A DNA stretch of 60,761 nucleotides, counting the filler, from Squatina squatina (Eukaryota): assembly GCA_031763465.1 (NCBI GenBank). It is 3 parts of 3 records of this genome, joined end to end, with 100 filler letters (N's around TTAATTAATTAA, not from the genome) between each part and the next. Parts side by side here need not be neighbours in the genome. Positions count along the whole stretch, not along the records: positions 13,691 to 29,683 come from JARFOE010000016.1; positions 29,784 to 60,761 come from JARFOE010000013.1; 1 more part is not named here. One strand, 5' to 3'. Below the pieces are notes generated by a model. The model ran no database searches. It saw only the letters and a list, made by a program, of their open reading frames with translations, and was not told the DNA's origin. The translations under genes and the position numbers were made by a program. Positions 23,898 through 38,304 of this stretch are shown here, in pieces. Positions within the stretch are counted from its first letter, which is position 1. Every line of letters starts with the position of its first letter.

Positions 23898-24781
23898 CTA
23901 ACCTATCATTTGAAATGGCCAATTTAGAATTTAGGCTAGAATCAAAATAGACTGCTGGATGGCCTCCACTGTTGAACCACATCAAGTGTTTTCAGTGCGT
24001 TGTAACCTTTTATAATTAAGAAGCATTAACTTGTCACATATTGATAACTGCGCTGACCCTGTAATGGGCTGAATACTTGCCGCATGATTAAAACTCCCTG
24101 TTGTTCGGTATTTCCATATGATTCAGTTAATTACTTTTGCCATTAAGGAGAAATATGAAATAGATTTAATACAAATATTGGAGTTTGGCAGTTATGCAGT
24201 GAAGTATGAATATATCACAGGCATCTGGAGCAAGCATCCACTGTAATTGTAGCCATTTCATGCTTTCCATTGCTGCAGTACTGCTGCATAATTAGTGATA
24301 ATTATAAATCTTCTATGTCTAATTAACTGAAAGTGATGACCAAAGTGAAAACCCAGGAAATTATACAATTGTGTAGCAGCTTTTTTTGCCAAGGAATCAT
24401 TCAATATTTAGATCGGTTTTCATTAATCTGTTCAATAACTAGATTATATAAGTGGGGTTTAATGGAGATCTTGGCTGGAAATTGGGCCATTCTTCAAGGC
24501 GAATGAACCACCAAACAAGCAAGATTTATGTCACTTCTAGCCTTGTCATAGAAATAGCATTAGTTGAATTATCATCTCTATTTATACCTTCTGGAATTCA
24601 TTAATTGCTAGTAAACATATTCCAGGAGATGTCAGCCACGGCAGCAATGGGGGCATGACAGTTGGCCTCAGCACCCATGGGCTGGGTGAAGGGTGGTCCC
24701 ATCCTTCATCACCACTCGCTGATCCCTGATGGAATGTACTCATGCAGAGATGTCAGGTGAGGACAACTTCAGGCTCACTTA

Positions 24782-25291
24782 GAAGAAATAAGAAATAGGA
24801 GCAGGAATAGGTCATATGGCCCCTTGAGCCTGGTTCGCCATTCAATAAGATCATGGTTCATCTTTGACCTTAGCTCCACTTTCCCGCACTATCCCTATAT
24901 ACCTTGATTCTCTTCGAGTTTAAAAATCTATTGATCTCAGCCTTGAATGTACTCAATAACTGAGCATCCACCGCTCTCTGGTTAGTGAATTGCCAAGATT
25001 CACAACCCTCTGAGTGAAGAAATGTCTCTTCCTCTCAGTCCTGAATGGCCAACCCTTTTTCCTGAGACTGTGGCCCCTAGTTCTAGACTCTTCAGCCAGG
25101 GGAAACAGCCTCTCAGTATCTACCCTGTTAATCCCCTTCAGAATCTTATATGTCTCAATGAGATCACCTCTCATTTTTCTAAACTTCACAGAGTATAGGC
25201 CCATTCTACTCAATCTCTCCTCACAGGACAACCTCCCAGGAAATAATTTAGTGAACCTTTGTTGCACCCCTTCTAAGGCAGGTATATCCTT
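24782..25291 (-). mobile_element. CR1-clade LINE ORF2 C-terminus and 3' UTR
   Basis: QQRFTKLFPG.LSCEERLSRMGLYSVKFRKMRGDLIETYKILKG...RTRGHSL...FFTQRVVNL.NSL. Confidence 0.92.
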
Positions 25292-25449
25292 NNNNNNNNN
25301 NNNNNNNNNNNNNNNNNNNNNNNNNNNNNNNNNNNNNNNNNNNNNNNNNNNNNNNNNNNNNNNNNNNNNNNNNNNNNNNNNNNNNNNNNNNTGATTTGAG
25401 TGAGATGGAGCTGGGACTCAAAGTGAGAATGAAGCCCAGTCCCAATGCT

Positions 25450-25762
25450 TTCATTAGCGCTGAGAATTCTTAAATGAAACATGTCAATGCACAAAAAATG
25501 GGGCGTTGTCACCGCTAGTTTTAAGGCACAGCAGTCTTGTCGAATTCTACAGCGGGCGGCCATTTTGGGAGTTGCGCCCACTGATGACATCATCGAGTCA
25601 CTCTAACGCTGAACTTTGCATTTTGAGTCTTAAGGGGTTAGCGCCCATTTAGATCCGGTGTTAAGGGGGGACGAATTTTGCAGCGGTAAATTTAATGCCC
25701 AAAATCAGCGTTAAGCCCTTAACACCCATTTAGTGCCAGAAAAAAAGGACGAATTGGATGCT
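25450..25762. mobile_element. GC-rich TIR family (GGGCGCCCAATTC-type terminus), diverged copy
   Basis: GGCCATTTTGGGAG..GCGCCCACTGATGACATCAT ... GAATTGGATGCTC; homologous to 35624-35831. Confidence 0.6.
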
Positions 25763-28409
25763 CTTTGTCTTTTTTGCAGGAGATCAAATATATTCTGTTG
25801 CAAATGTTTTTTTCTAGTTTATACCAATGTTTTCATTTCAGTCCTACTAAATTTATACACCTGGGCTTCCATAATAAATCCAAAGTAATGGAATCGCTGT
25901 TGTATGCTTCTGTTCACTGTCAAAATCGTGGAAGCAGAAGGTGCTATATTNNNNNNNNNNACTCTAGCTGATGCCACAGTATCACTCTATCATCTTACAC
26001 TCACCATAACATGCATTAATTTTATGAATCAAAATCAGACTGGTTTTCACTCAGTTATAAAATGCACCTAAAGCAAACTCCCACAGAGCTCCCTTTTACA
26101 AAGGGCTTCTTCAACTCTTGCTCCTTGCTGGATTTCAAATCGAGTTTCATGAAGAATTAACCTTGCTTAAATCTGTGCTTTTCCTTTTCCATTTACACTT
26201 GAACTGCTGTGCACTCTTGTTGAACAGTTCCCATTTCATCTGTAATGGTTGCATGGATTTAATTAAAGGAAGATCAATGATGCTAACATTGAAATGTTAA
26301 TGAAAGACTACATGCAACATAAATTATTAGAAATATAATTGTAAGAGTACTACAATTGTAATGTACTTGGTTCAGTGCTGTGCCAATACATTTTTTCATA
26401 TATTTACAACATTTCATGTACTGGGTGGGTTACAGGGTGCTTGTTCATCTGCCAGTGACTAAAAACTAATTACAGGCCCATTGAAGATCCAAAACATGAA
26501 TTACACAAGCAAGGTACTGCCCTGATCCAATAACTGTTAAAGTTACCGCATTGACATGTTCAACCTTTACTTCAGCTGCAAGGAAGCTGGTCTTGCACCT
26601 TGTCCACCAGGATGAGAGCAGGCCAACATTACTGACTTATTGGTCTGCAGCAAAGAAAGTTCACCAGCAGGGAAATTAATTTAGCTGTTCAGCTATCACC
26701 AAATCAGAGACAGCAGGCTAGAGAGTTATTAGGAAAATGCACATCAAAGTTACACATGACAGTTCGTACACAAAGTAGATCCTGGTTCCCAACTCCAGTA
26801 TGCAAGAAAGGATAATGCAGGAACTGTGCTAGGACCAGTGTCCTGGCAAATCGAATAACTAGGGAAGCAGAGAAGGCTTTAAACTAAATACTGGGGGGCA
26901 GGGTTCAGCAGAAGTGAGCAGAAAAGTGGCAGGAGATAAGGTTGANNNNNNNNNNNNNNNNNNNNNNNNNNNNNNNNNNNNNNNNNNNNNNNNNNNNNNN
27001 NNNNNNNNNNNNNNNNNNNNNNNNNNNNNNNNNNNNNNNNNNNNNCTGTGCCCAATGCAAAGCAGAAAATGACTGAAACACAATCTGTAGCACTGGGCAT
27101 GATGATGCCAATCGGGTTCCACTTCTCAGATGCAATACCTTTAATGATGGATCTGTTGAAGTAAGTCAAAGAACTCTCATGATTGGTGCAGGAAAGGTGA
27201 CATTGTTGAAAAATATTTGAGATGTGTTTCCGAATCAACATAGAAGTAAATTTATGGGTTCAATTTACTCCAGTATTTCATATCAGTCTTTTTCCCTATC
27301 TCGCCTGCCGTGGTTGATAGAATACACTAGTGGACTTGCTTAGTCATTATTGGTACATTGCTGTTGTTTGAAATTCTGCTCTTGTGCAACATTTTCTCAG
27401 TCCTAATCTTGTATATGTAATGGGATTTGATAGTATATTCAAGTACCAAAAAATATTGAGTTAATTGCTTCCGCCCTCCTTGAAATTTTTGCTTAAGGTG
27501 AATATGCTATTATGAAATTATGTATACAGGGCAAGGACATTCTAAGAAAGCAACTTAATTTTTTTTTAAGCAGTGTAATGTGCTAGCAGATATATTACTA
27601 AACCAGTCAGCATTCTTGAGGACCAAGGAGGATTACAAAGCGATTCCCCTCACAATGAAGAAATGCTTGATGTTATTGTCAGAAAGTCAGGCAACTGAGC
27701 CTAGAAAGTATTATTAAAGTTGACAGTTTGGTTTAATGTACAGATTGGTACACAATGAGCCTTCAGTTAAGATGCTTTGATTTCTTACGGGAATTTTCTA
27801 CAAAACATTACAGAGTGCAAAGCATAAGCATGCTCATAAAGGTTATTGCATTATCATGTAGACTAACCCTTCGTTGATTAAAGTATTTTGCCATAGCATC
27901 CTCCTTAAAACAAATTTGTTCGAGTTACTTGTATCAAAGTAGATGTGCACATAATCTGCTCCAACCACCTGCACGTCGAATAAATGAAGTTGAACAGTGA
28001 TTGCACAGGTTTCTGCCATGAATTGATGTGTCAATCATTTAATGATTTATTCNNNNNNNNNNNNNNNNNNNNNNNNNNNNNNNNNNNNNNNNNNNNNNNN
28101 NNNNNNNNNNNNNNNNNNNNNNNNNNNNNNNNNNNNNNNNNNNNNNNNNNNNATGAAAGAATGCATAACGGACTATTTAATTCTTCTCATGACTTTTCTG
28201 TTGCTGTCCACTACAATATAAGGGAAATTGAAACAGCTGGTATAATAATTAATATTCCACAGAGCTCAGTGCTTGGAGAAATGTTTAGATATGCAAAACA
28301 ATTTCTGGCAGAAATCCAGCAGTTTGTTCAAGTTCCGCTGTGCAGTTGATTAATGTGTGTGTTGCAATTATTGCCTTGATTTGTGAAATGTAGTCAAGCT
28401 GGCAGATAA

Positions 28410-28515
28410 TGTTTTGGTCAGACATAATCAGTTAGCATTTTGGTCAGATAGTGCTTTGGTCAGTGTTTTGGTCAGAGGTAATCAGATAGCATTTTGGTCA
28501 AATAGTGTTTTGGTA
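28410..28515. repeat. Degenerate short tandem repeat (TTTTGGTCAGA core, ~6 copies)
   Basis: Direct inspection. Confidence 0.75.
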
Positions 28516-29644
28516 ACTTACTAGGAACTGCAACCTCGCCAAATTCTGATGGAGATGGGTTAACCTGTAAATTGGTGTCTCAGGAAGCCCTGCAGTGACT
28601 TTGAATCCATTAACAGAACAATTAAAGTGACTAAATGTGGTGCCAGCTTTCTAGAGCCTGGAGCCTAAAATCACCAGCAAAACTAATGGGCTGTCTCGTG
28701 GAGAATGGATTATCTTGCAGCAGAGCAGGGCACAGCCTCCTTCAATTCATCCTTGCTAAAATTATTTCTTCAAAGACTGCTCAGCCACAGTGGGAGCTTA
28801 TGTTCACCACACCATGACAAAGACAAATCACAGGTTTTAATGTAGGAGGCTGATTTAGTATGAGCTGTTATGATGCACTGCTGTCTGCGCAGCATGTTGT
28901 TTGCATGTCGCTCTCTGGGTAGACATTAGTCTACGCCCAGGCACGTTAACAGTGTGGCAACCAGGGATGAAGAGTAGAAATTAATTAAAAACTGTAGTAT
29001 CTTCAAGTGGCAGAATCCCCCNNNNNNNNNNNNNNNNNNNNNNNNNNNNNNNNNNNNNNNNNNNNNNNNNNNNNNNNNNNNNNNNNNNNNNNNNNNNNNN
29101 NNNNNNNNNNNNNNNNNNNNNCAATTTCACGGCCTATATTTTTACCATGCCCTTGAAAAATCCTTAGTTATTTTCCCACTTGTCCACCGTGTCTTTTTTT
29201 GCCACTTCAAATTTTTGCTGTCCATTATTCTTTTCCATTCATTTTTAATTTTCTACTGATGAAAAGAGCTTTAATTTCTGTGACATTTTATTGACTGCAG
29301 ACTCACAAGAGGCATCTCCTAGTCAGCTGCCTGAATAGAAGCTATGGATCAGAATAAGTCAGATCCCCTGTGGCATGTTTTCCTGCTTGCTGAAGATTAC
29401 TTGTATGGTTGAATTACATATGCTGTATGAGTACTTTGATGGCCTGAGAGGTTTTGATTCAAAATAGCCTTCTAGCAGCACAAAGGTAGGTAATTTGAAA
29501 GCCATGCAGTGGAAAAGTAGAATGTGATTCTTAAGCTTTAATATACGCATATAGAAGCAACAGGAAGTGATTCTCCCTTGTGGTCCCACTCCAGTTAGAC
29601 TTACCAGCCCTGCCGATGTCTGGCAGCTGATCTACCCCGCAGAA

Positions 29645-29683
29645 CCCCTTGGTGTTTCTTAGCTCCACCCATACAGATTCCAC
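29645..29683 (-). mobile_element. CR1 LINE endonuclease fragment
   Basis: VESVWVELRNTKG, the conserved APE motif preceding G..YRPP; abuts a gap. Confidence 0.6.
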
Positions 29684-29727
29684 NNNNNNNNNNNNNNNNN
29701 NNNNNNNNNNNNNNNNNNNNNNNNNNN

Positions 29728-29739
29728 TTAATTAATTAA
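29728..29739. other. Synthetic scaffold linker TTAATTAATTAA within 44N+12+44N gap
   Basis: Identical to 13635-13646. Confidence 0.95.
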
Positions 29740-32700
29740 NNNNNNNNNNNNNNNNNNNNNNNNNNNNNNNNNNNNNNNNNNNNTAAATGTACCAACATTC
29801 ATTTGTTCACGACTAAGGTACATGTGATGCATAGAACAAATCTACTTGTGATTTGCTTTATCTTTCAACATTACTGTTGTTCTATTAAACTTGTGAACTA
29901 TCATTTATGGAGCATTATTCCACCAATGATGTGATCTATATTGAAAGCCATCAATATTAACTCCATTCCTGGCAGTCACTGGAGCATTATATACATAGAT
30001 TGGATTTGATATTTCATTGTAAAAACTCACAGACCCAGAAAATGCCCAGTTATTGAGACTGCTCCGTGAGGACAATGTTCTATTCATTTGTTTTATACTG
30101 CAAGGTCAGAGACTGAAACCCGAACCAGTTTTGAATGCAGTGAGGTTTCTTGTGGACCTCTCTCCATTTTCAAATTTTGTAGACATGTTATGATTACTGG
30201 TAAAATATACCAAAATACAACAATATTGATTAACACATCGGTAATGCCTTGGAAGTTGTCCCATAATGATTAAGTACTTACTTCCGCCACTTACTTCTGT
30301 ATGCATTGGATNNNNNNNNNNNNNNNNNNNNNNNNNNNNNNNNNNNNNNNNNNNNNNNNNNNNNNNNNNNNNNNNNNNNNNNNNNNNNNNNNNNNNNNNN
30401 NNNNNNNNNNNGCCATCATGCTCCTGCTAAGCCATTCATTTAAAATCATTGTCCATTTTCTGAGGAAACAGCAAATGATGAAGGTTTATTACTTATTTTG
30501 AAAATCCATACACCAAGCAAGCACAGCATTTATAATCCACAACTCGTCTCCATGAATTAGAATCTTACTTTATCATTACAGCATATCACATACTTTACAG
30601 GCTGCATCAGAATTACCAGAAAGAATGCAATCATTGTTGACTTCTAGTGAATAATATTAAGTATTAAATTCTAATATGACAGGCCTGTCATCCATTCTGC
30701 ATTGTACCACAGTATGTCTCGAGCTGGCTTTATGCAGTGGTTTCTCACTATCCTGTTAATTTCTAATCTGTCGTCAACTCTGATTTTTTTTACAATAGAA
30801 ACTATTATTACATCAGAAAAAAAAATCAGCCAGGCAAGAAAAAAAGTTCAGTTATGGCATTGCTGACATATTGTGATTAGGTGTATAAAAATATCTTTTA
30901 GCTTTTCACTCTGAAATGCTATATAGTTGCACAGATTTGGCATTCTCTACTATGGAATTATCTCTTGTGTGTTTATGTCAGATTCTTAATGCAATTGTGA
31001 GAGTTTGGGATACAGTTTCTTCTGATTTCATCAGTCACAGCACATAATAATGATGGCATTAGTTACATTGTGTAGCTGTGAGATTACATCAAGTAGATTG
31101 GAGTACTCTGGTATATCAGTAATTTTATCTGACATTGTGTAATTAAATAAATGTCTCCAATCCACACACAAAGGGTTAATCTTGTCAATTGTATTTGCCA
31201 TACTTTGGAGCAGTAAATATAGTGACGTTTTTCAAAGAAAATATACAGAAAATGTTCTTTGTCTATATTAGAATATTAGAAACCAGTATGGGAACAACAA
31301 TGGCACAAGATGTTTGTGCATGGAAGAGCTAAACCTTTATACGAAGAATTATGAGAACTCAACAACATACAGGGTGATGATTACACAGTGCAGCACCTGA
31401 CTGCTTTGTAATTATTAAAATAACAAAGACTTTAAATACTACAGAACCATGAAATGTAGCTATCTGACTTGATTTAGCAGTAGATCCGTTGAACCTTGCA
31501 TGGTAAACTATCACATGTACTTTGTTGTAGCTTTATAGACAATTAAGGTAAGCAGTGCAAATGAAGATGACTAATTGGTAAAGCAGTGAAAAAAACTATT
31601 CCACAGCACATTCATAACAGGTTATAATTTATTTAAATGCCATAAGCAGAAAATGTCAATGCTATAATAGAGACTATGAAGGCTGTACACTGTTCAATAT
31701 TGCAATCTTAAAAAAACACATTTTAGCTATTGTTTCTTGCTGCTTTGTAACTAGTAACTACCTCCATTTCAGGTATCTTTTCACAACAGAGAGGACATAT
31801 ATTGTTGTCAGGTATCTATTAATTCAAGGGGAGAAATGACTATTGATGATGTTTTCATACCAGTACCTAAAGCATTTGTATTAAATTTCTCCCTTTACTT
31901 TTTTAAAAGAAATGGGTTAATGCCACCATTAAAATAGTGGAGCCAGGAATTTGATAGGGTCACATTTGCAGTGCAACTTCACTGAAGGTAAAGTCGACCC
32001 TTTGGTCTTCAAAAGATGCATGAGAGTTGCTCAGGGCGACTTATCAACTTGATTTATAATTTGCCCAATACAAAAGCACTTGGCAGCTCCCCCAATGCTC
32101 CAACTAAAGCAGAGAACTCCGAGCAGTCAATAATGGCATGCTTGGAGCCCGAAGCACTATTGTGGATCAGATACGGGGGTCCCAGCATTATCAGGCACAG
32201 AGGCTTATTCATAATGTCCACTGACTGTGCAGTTGGAGTGTAGAACTTTTACAGTGAATGTGTGCAAGGCTCATTTTTAATGCAAATGAGGTCAGCCCCC
32301 ATAATCTAACTGGGGCATCTAAGAGGCACTTCAGTTACTCGCCGCCTACTGTCAGGAAGGCTTGCAGGATGACTTTGATCATTTCTCTGTAGATTTCTTA
32401 GCTATTAGGATAGTCCACCTTACCTGTTCCTGATTTTCTGCTAGCCCGTCCTCCATGATGCCAGTTGCCTTATCTCCCTATAACACACTTAAAAGCAACA
32501 TAAACAGTGTGATTTATAGTAAAATCGTAAAGATGTTCTTGATACGTGTACTTGTGATTTTGCCCCAAATAGCAAACAGAAGAAATCTCTGTGCATCTGG
32601 CCGAGGGTTAAAAAAATGCAGGGCTCAACATTGGAATTTTGATGTATAAACATTGGCAAATTCCAGTATTGCACTTTCATCTTGTTTTAGTGTGGAGAAA

Positions 32701-35623
32701 ATTCACCATTTATTTACTTTAAATATGACATCAAATGTAATTTGGAACAGCTTTTGCTGCTGTGGCAACATGTGAAATAACACTTTGAATTTTCACACGT
32801 CTTAAATAACAGTCCCTTAGATACTAAAACTACCATTTTGGGCCCATAGGAGAAATTCACACTTGCATAGTGTTGACTTCGGTTAGAAATTATAATACCT
32901 TGACCATAGATCAAGGGCTAGAAATTCATCTCCTGTTGCACCCTGTTAGTGCCTCCGAGGGGCGNNNNNNNNNNNNNNNNNNNNNNNNNNNNNNNNNNNN
33001 NNNNNNNNNNNNNNNNNNNNNNNNNNNNNNNNNNNNNNNNNNNNNNNNNNNNNNNNNNNNNNNNCCATCAAAATGGGTTGGTGGCAAGAGGCAGTGCCTA
33101 TACTCAGCATACAGTGTTCAGGAAATGAATTACACGCCTGTGTAGGAAGCATTCAAAAAGCATTTAGAAAACATGACTTTGATAAACAACATCACTGCAA
33201 ACTCATCAATGATGAGAAAGAATGCTGTAATTTAGAAAAGCAAAATCACAAATCATAAAACAGCAGACAAGAAATTGAAGCTCATAAAAATGTTACTACA
33301 TAAAAATCTGGANNNNNNNNNNTGACTAATGAAACTGTGGAGGGAAAATACTTTGCATTGAAGAAAAATATTTCACTCAGTAATTTAAAGAATCAACATT
33401 TCAACTACCATTAGTAATGGGAGGATTCATAACAACCCTTATATAAACTGTTCTTGGATAAACAAAACCATTAGAATGGTGATGTATTTCTAGCTCATTT
33501 ACCAGCTGATGAATTATTCCAACTTCTACAACCTTGAAAGTAAGATACACTGTTCAAAAACTAATGGAACTAAATGAAAAAACACTTTCAGGCACTGTCG
33601 TGTGACTTGCTCATTATCCATTTGGTGTTGTATTGTGTTATNNNNNNNNNNNNNNNNNNNNNNNNNNNNNNNNNNNNNNNNNNNNNNNNNNNNNNNNNNN
33701 NNNNNNNNNNNNNNNNNNNNNNNNNNNNNNNNNNNNNNNNNACACACAGTAAATTTGTCTTTGACAGTAATGTGTACTGTGCATTATATCTTGTTACATC
33801 ACTGAAATACGTACTTGGTTTACAGCAATACACTCTAATAATTACAGGGTGTCAAATTTTAGTTAAGATATGAGTAATTATAGATAAATCACAACAGTAA
33901 TCATATTTATACTATCTCCACCAGTTTAAGCTGCATTTGTCAGTATCTTGTAAAAATTGGCAGCTTGTGTGATGTTCTCACTGAAGTTAAGGCAACACAT
34001 GAAATGCAATTCATATAGACTCAAGTTTGAATAAATCACATAATCAAAAAGTAAACATTTTTTTCACTTCAGTGAGTGGTTTATTGTGCTTACCATAATT
34101 CACTGTCATAATGGATTGTATATGCTTTATATGTGACTGATTTTAGATAGGTTCAGCGAAATATTTTCTAAAATTTAGAGTAACTCAATTCTTACATTTC
34201 ACTCCATGTTTGAATATTTTAAAAATAAATATGAATATATGTTTATAGCACAGGTGTTAATAAATCTGCCAAGTCTACAATTACTGTGGAAATGCTTTGC
34301 TTTGCTTTTATCTCATTTGTCTCTTTCCATGATTTTAATATATTTTCAAAATTGTCAAATCCTTAGAAGAGGCAAATTTTATTATTGCTGTACAGGAACT
34401 TGTAAAGCAAATTTAACTTTTAATGTCTTCATTTACAGAAGGTTTCAATCCATCTCCCAGTGGGGCAGTTTAACAATATATCCCAGTCCAGGAACTGACA
34501 GCCAAGAAGCCCTGCTGCTCCAGCTCAGCACAAACAAAATGAGCTTTTTCACAATATTTTTGCAGATGTAAAGTGGCCATTGATTCAATGATACCAGATG
34601 ACTAAAGCAATTTGTGAGACAGTTTTATCATCAATTCTCACTNNNNNNNNNNNNNNNNNNNNNNNNNNNNNNNNNNNNNNNNNNNNNNNNNNNNNNNNNN
34701 NNNNNNNNNNNNNNNNNNNNNNNNNNNNNNNNNNNNNNNNNNGGGGATTGATTCTCTAATTATGAAATCAAGAAAAAGAACATATATTTTTTATGAAAGT
34801 TACATCAAAAGTTGACCTGGTTGTATCTATTATGCAATTGATCTTTATAATTCTCTGCTTTGAGTTGGAACTTTAGAGGCAGAAGTTTGACATAACTTCT
34901 CGACCTTTTAATTCTATCGCCCTATAAATGAACCCCAGCGCTTCATTTTCTTTTTTTATATGAAACTTGACTTTTCAATTCAATTTGGAATTCCCAATTA
35001 GCTCAAAGTAAACTCTGTTAAAAATGGAAGATTTGTGCCAGCAACTATGGATCACCCTTACCAGAAAACTTCTACAGTATCACCTTGCTTGGTATCAAAG
35101 GAATTCTACATGTGTACAGAAAGGATGCTCATTAATATTGTTAACAACTTTCCAGCACAATGTAGCCAAAAATGGCTGCAATTTCCAATTAATTGCTGCA
35201 CAAATCCCCAAACCATTTGATGCACACTGCTGACCCCAAAGAAAGAGTGACTGTATTCCAGGTGAATGTTAGCTCTGGTAATTTTTATGTAAACACAGCT
35301 TGAATGACGTCTTTGAATAGTTAGAAATATGTTTCTTTGGCAATTGTCCTAAAATTACAAACACTGTGAGGAGAAGATGAAGTCACCTATTCATTTCAAG
35401 TAATTGCTGGACACATGGAAGAAAATAAGGCCAGCTTGTACTTTTTGTCAGGCTGGGTCTTGTGAAGTTTAATTAGTGACCTGGGAAATCTGGTGCGGGC
35501 TCCTGGCAAAGTGCTAACTCTTANNNNNNNNNNNNNNNNNNNNNNNNNNNNNNNNNNNNNNNNNNNNNNNNNNNNNNNNNNNNNNNNNNNNNNNNNNNNN
35601 NNNNNNNNNNNNNNNNNNNNNNN

Positions 35624-35831
35624 CGGCAACTTTGGGCGCCGCGCTCACTGATGACGTTATAACGCTGCGCTAAAGTTACAGCTAGCACTTGGAGCCTTAC
35701 AGGCCTTGCGCCCGTCTCGCACTGGCACTAACGGGAGCCGAATGTTGTGCCCGCGCTTGGACGCCCAAAGTGCATGTACGCCCGTTTTGCGCTGATTTCG
35801 TGCTAAAAGTTTACCTGTGAATTGGGCGCCC
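35624..35831. mobile_element. GC-rich TIR family end (…GAATTGGGCGCCC)
   Basis: Reverse complement aligns collinearly over ~200 bp with 36984-37192. Confidence 0.7.
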
Positions 35832-36864
35832 TTGAAATTTAACTGGTCACAATGCTGAACACAATTTATTGCTCAGTGATCAGTTGCCTTATTCAAAGGA
35901 GGAGTTTCAAAATCTTGAAACTCTTAAGAACAGTGCAGTGAAAGTGAATGTAAAAAGTGACTCTGACCCCAGGAAACGGGCCAGCTGGAAATCGCAATCT
36001 ACTTCCGGTGACGGAGCTAAACCCAAGATAAATCCAGGATAATTAGTTTCTGAACAAAGGACATGAAACAAAAAAGAAACCCTATTTAGGACAGATGTTT
36101 GCCATTGAATAGCTGTCAGAGTCTGACTGCAGCCAATTTGTAGCGGTGTCCATTGCCACAGCAGAATGGGGTCCTCCCAACGACACAGCTGAACGAAGGC
36201 AATTCTTCAAATCAGATTTATATTAAATATCTGACATCATATTAAATTAAATAAAGAGATTTGTCTATCCTGTCAGGCTACTTTTTGAATTCAGATGGCA
36301 AATTGGACATAAATCCTTGCATTCACTGTAAATTATAACGGGCACTTTAGAGAAAAATGATGAATAATTGTGCAGCTGTCTGATTTCAAAGTGATGAACT
36401 TTGACATCATTAAACAATGGATTATCTACTTTGTCTTTGAACTCTACAATATGGAGTGTAAGATTGATGACATGTAGGTAAAAGATAATGCGGCTTAAAT
36501 AGCTTCTTTTTGCGCACTCACTGGTTTGTGTTAGCTTTCTCTTCAGGTCTTGTAAAGCAGATGAAAGAAAATCTTTAGGTAAATGATAGCATCTGGCAGC
36601 AGTTAGTCACATTGTTTTTTCAATGGTGTGGCTGCAGAATATGTACGAGTCTCATTCCTGAATGGCCTTTCTATTGTATTAACCAAATTTCTGACTCATC
36701 TGATAAAAAGTTCAAAAACTGATTCCAATGAATTACGAACATGATCCTAAATGTGCGAGCAGCAGATGCACACCAAGCGTAGAAGGGGTGGAAAACTGGG
36801 ATGTGTTTTCCCTGAGTTCCCTGGGCCTGTACTGAGGGAGCTGGAGACTCCCACTTTTCCGTGG

Positions 36865-36980
36865 CATAGGGGACATGGGAACAGAGGAACAATAGTGGAC
36901 CATTCAGCACTTGAAACTATTCTGCCATTCAATCTGATCACGGATGACCTGTACTTCAACACTATTTACCACCTTTGTTC
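36865..36980 (-). mobile_element. CR1 3' tail fragment interrupted by a TIR element
   Basis: GGA..ATAGTGGACCATTCAGC.CTTGAA.CT.TTCTGCCATTCAAT..GATCA.GG.TGA, homologous to 24800-24880. Confidence 0.7.
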
Positions 36981-36983
36981 GGT

Positions 36984-37262
36984 GGGCGGCCAATTCGTGG
37001 TCAAACTTCCAGCGTGAAATTGGCGCGAAACTGGAGTTAGACCACTTTTAGCGCTAAAACGTGGGTGCAAAATTCGGGTGCCGTTTGCGCCGGCGCTAAA
37101 CGGGCACAAAGCCCATAACGCTCGAGGCGCTGGCGTTAGTCTAAAGGTGGCGCTGTGACGTCATCAGTGCGCGCACCGCCCAAAGTGGCCGCCCGTCCAG
37201 AATTGCACAGTGTCACTGTGCACTAAATCCGGCGGTGACAACGCCTGCTTTTTTCAGCGTTG
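36984..37262. mobile_element. GC-rich TIR family end (GGGCGGCCAATTC…)
   Basis: Inverted homologue of 35624-35831; contains TGACGTCA at 37156-37163. Confidence 0.7.
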
Positions 37263-37460
37263 NNNNNNNNNNNNNNNNNNNNNNNNNNNNNNNNNNNNNN
37301 NNNNNNNNNNNNNNNNNNNNNNNNNNNNNNNNNNNNNNNNNNNNNNNNNNNNNNNNNNNNNNAAGGAATGGCAGATGGTACAAGAAATATGAAATAGGTG
37401 AAAAGCTGCCATTGGCTCAGGTGAAAATGTGAGGTGTTTGATTCTAACCTGCAATATGTT

Positions 37461-37634
37461 GGGGGATCAAATTAGTCTTTGCCAGTAGTGTAAAATGGGC
37501 TCCTAGCCAATCGGCAGCTGTTTTACACCTTGCCTGATTGACTTCCATGGAAAAGAAATTGATCACAGTGTTAAACAGGCGGCCCATTCATTATAGCCTC
37601 ATTTCATGCTACTGCTATAAACAATTTTACCCCC
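37461..37634. mobile_element. Complete ~175-bp palindromic MITE
   Basis: Imperfect ~70-bp inverted arms GGGGG.AAATT..CAGTAG..AAATG..TGTTT.ACAC; target-site duplication not recognisable. Confidence 0.65.
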
Positions 37635-38304
37635 TCTCCCACCGCCACACACCAACCATTACCGTAACTCTTTAAAGCCTATGTGTGAATATAGTAATTC
37701 AACATTTAGATTATTGTAGCAGTTAATGCCATGTTGATTACCTTTTCAAAAAAGAGTTGAATAAATATCTGCCTAAAAATGGATTGAGGATTGTAAGGAT
37801 AAGCATAGATGATCAAATGGAGCATAATGGTTCATGTGCTGACAGGACCATGGAAATGTCAACTGTGGAATATAATAAGCCAGGTTTGAATAATGTAGGT
37901 TGTCATGTGAGATTGATATCCTGGAGTTTTTGCTAAATTATTTTAGAGAGTCAGGGAGAAATTTCACAGAGCTTTATCTTGTTGGATGTTTTACCTGTGG
38001 TTAGTCAGCTCCCTCAGGAGGTTGAATACATTGGGTACAGTTCACAATACAATACAGTTCACAATTGTACATGTCCTGTGAAAGAAATGGGTCTGATCTG
38101 CTGGAAATCTTTTTTTATTCCATATTTTCTTCTATTCTTACCAAAGAAAGTTTAAAGTCAAAATAAAAAGAAACTCCTTATATTTTAATTACTTATATTT
38201 TGAAACCAAGTTATTAAACTGAACTGGAGCTATAGAGTAGAGTGTTTTTACACTATAGGGCTGTTTAGATGTAGAATAATTCATAACTTGTGACTTAAAC
38301 CACT

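Noticed and set aside
27046-27160. Plus-strand candidate exon ending GAA|gtaagt
   Set aside because: Ambiguous acceptor and frame; no recognisable homology
31539-31547. 9-nt microexon candidate (ACAATTAAG|gtaagc)
   Set aside because: Competing upstream AG and no supporting context; expected by chance in AT-rich DNA
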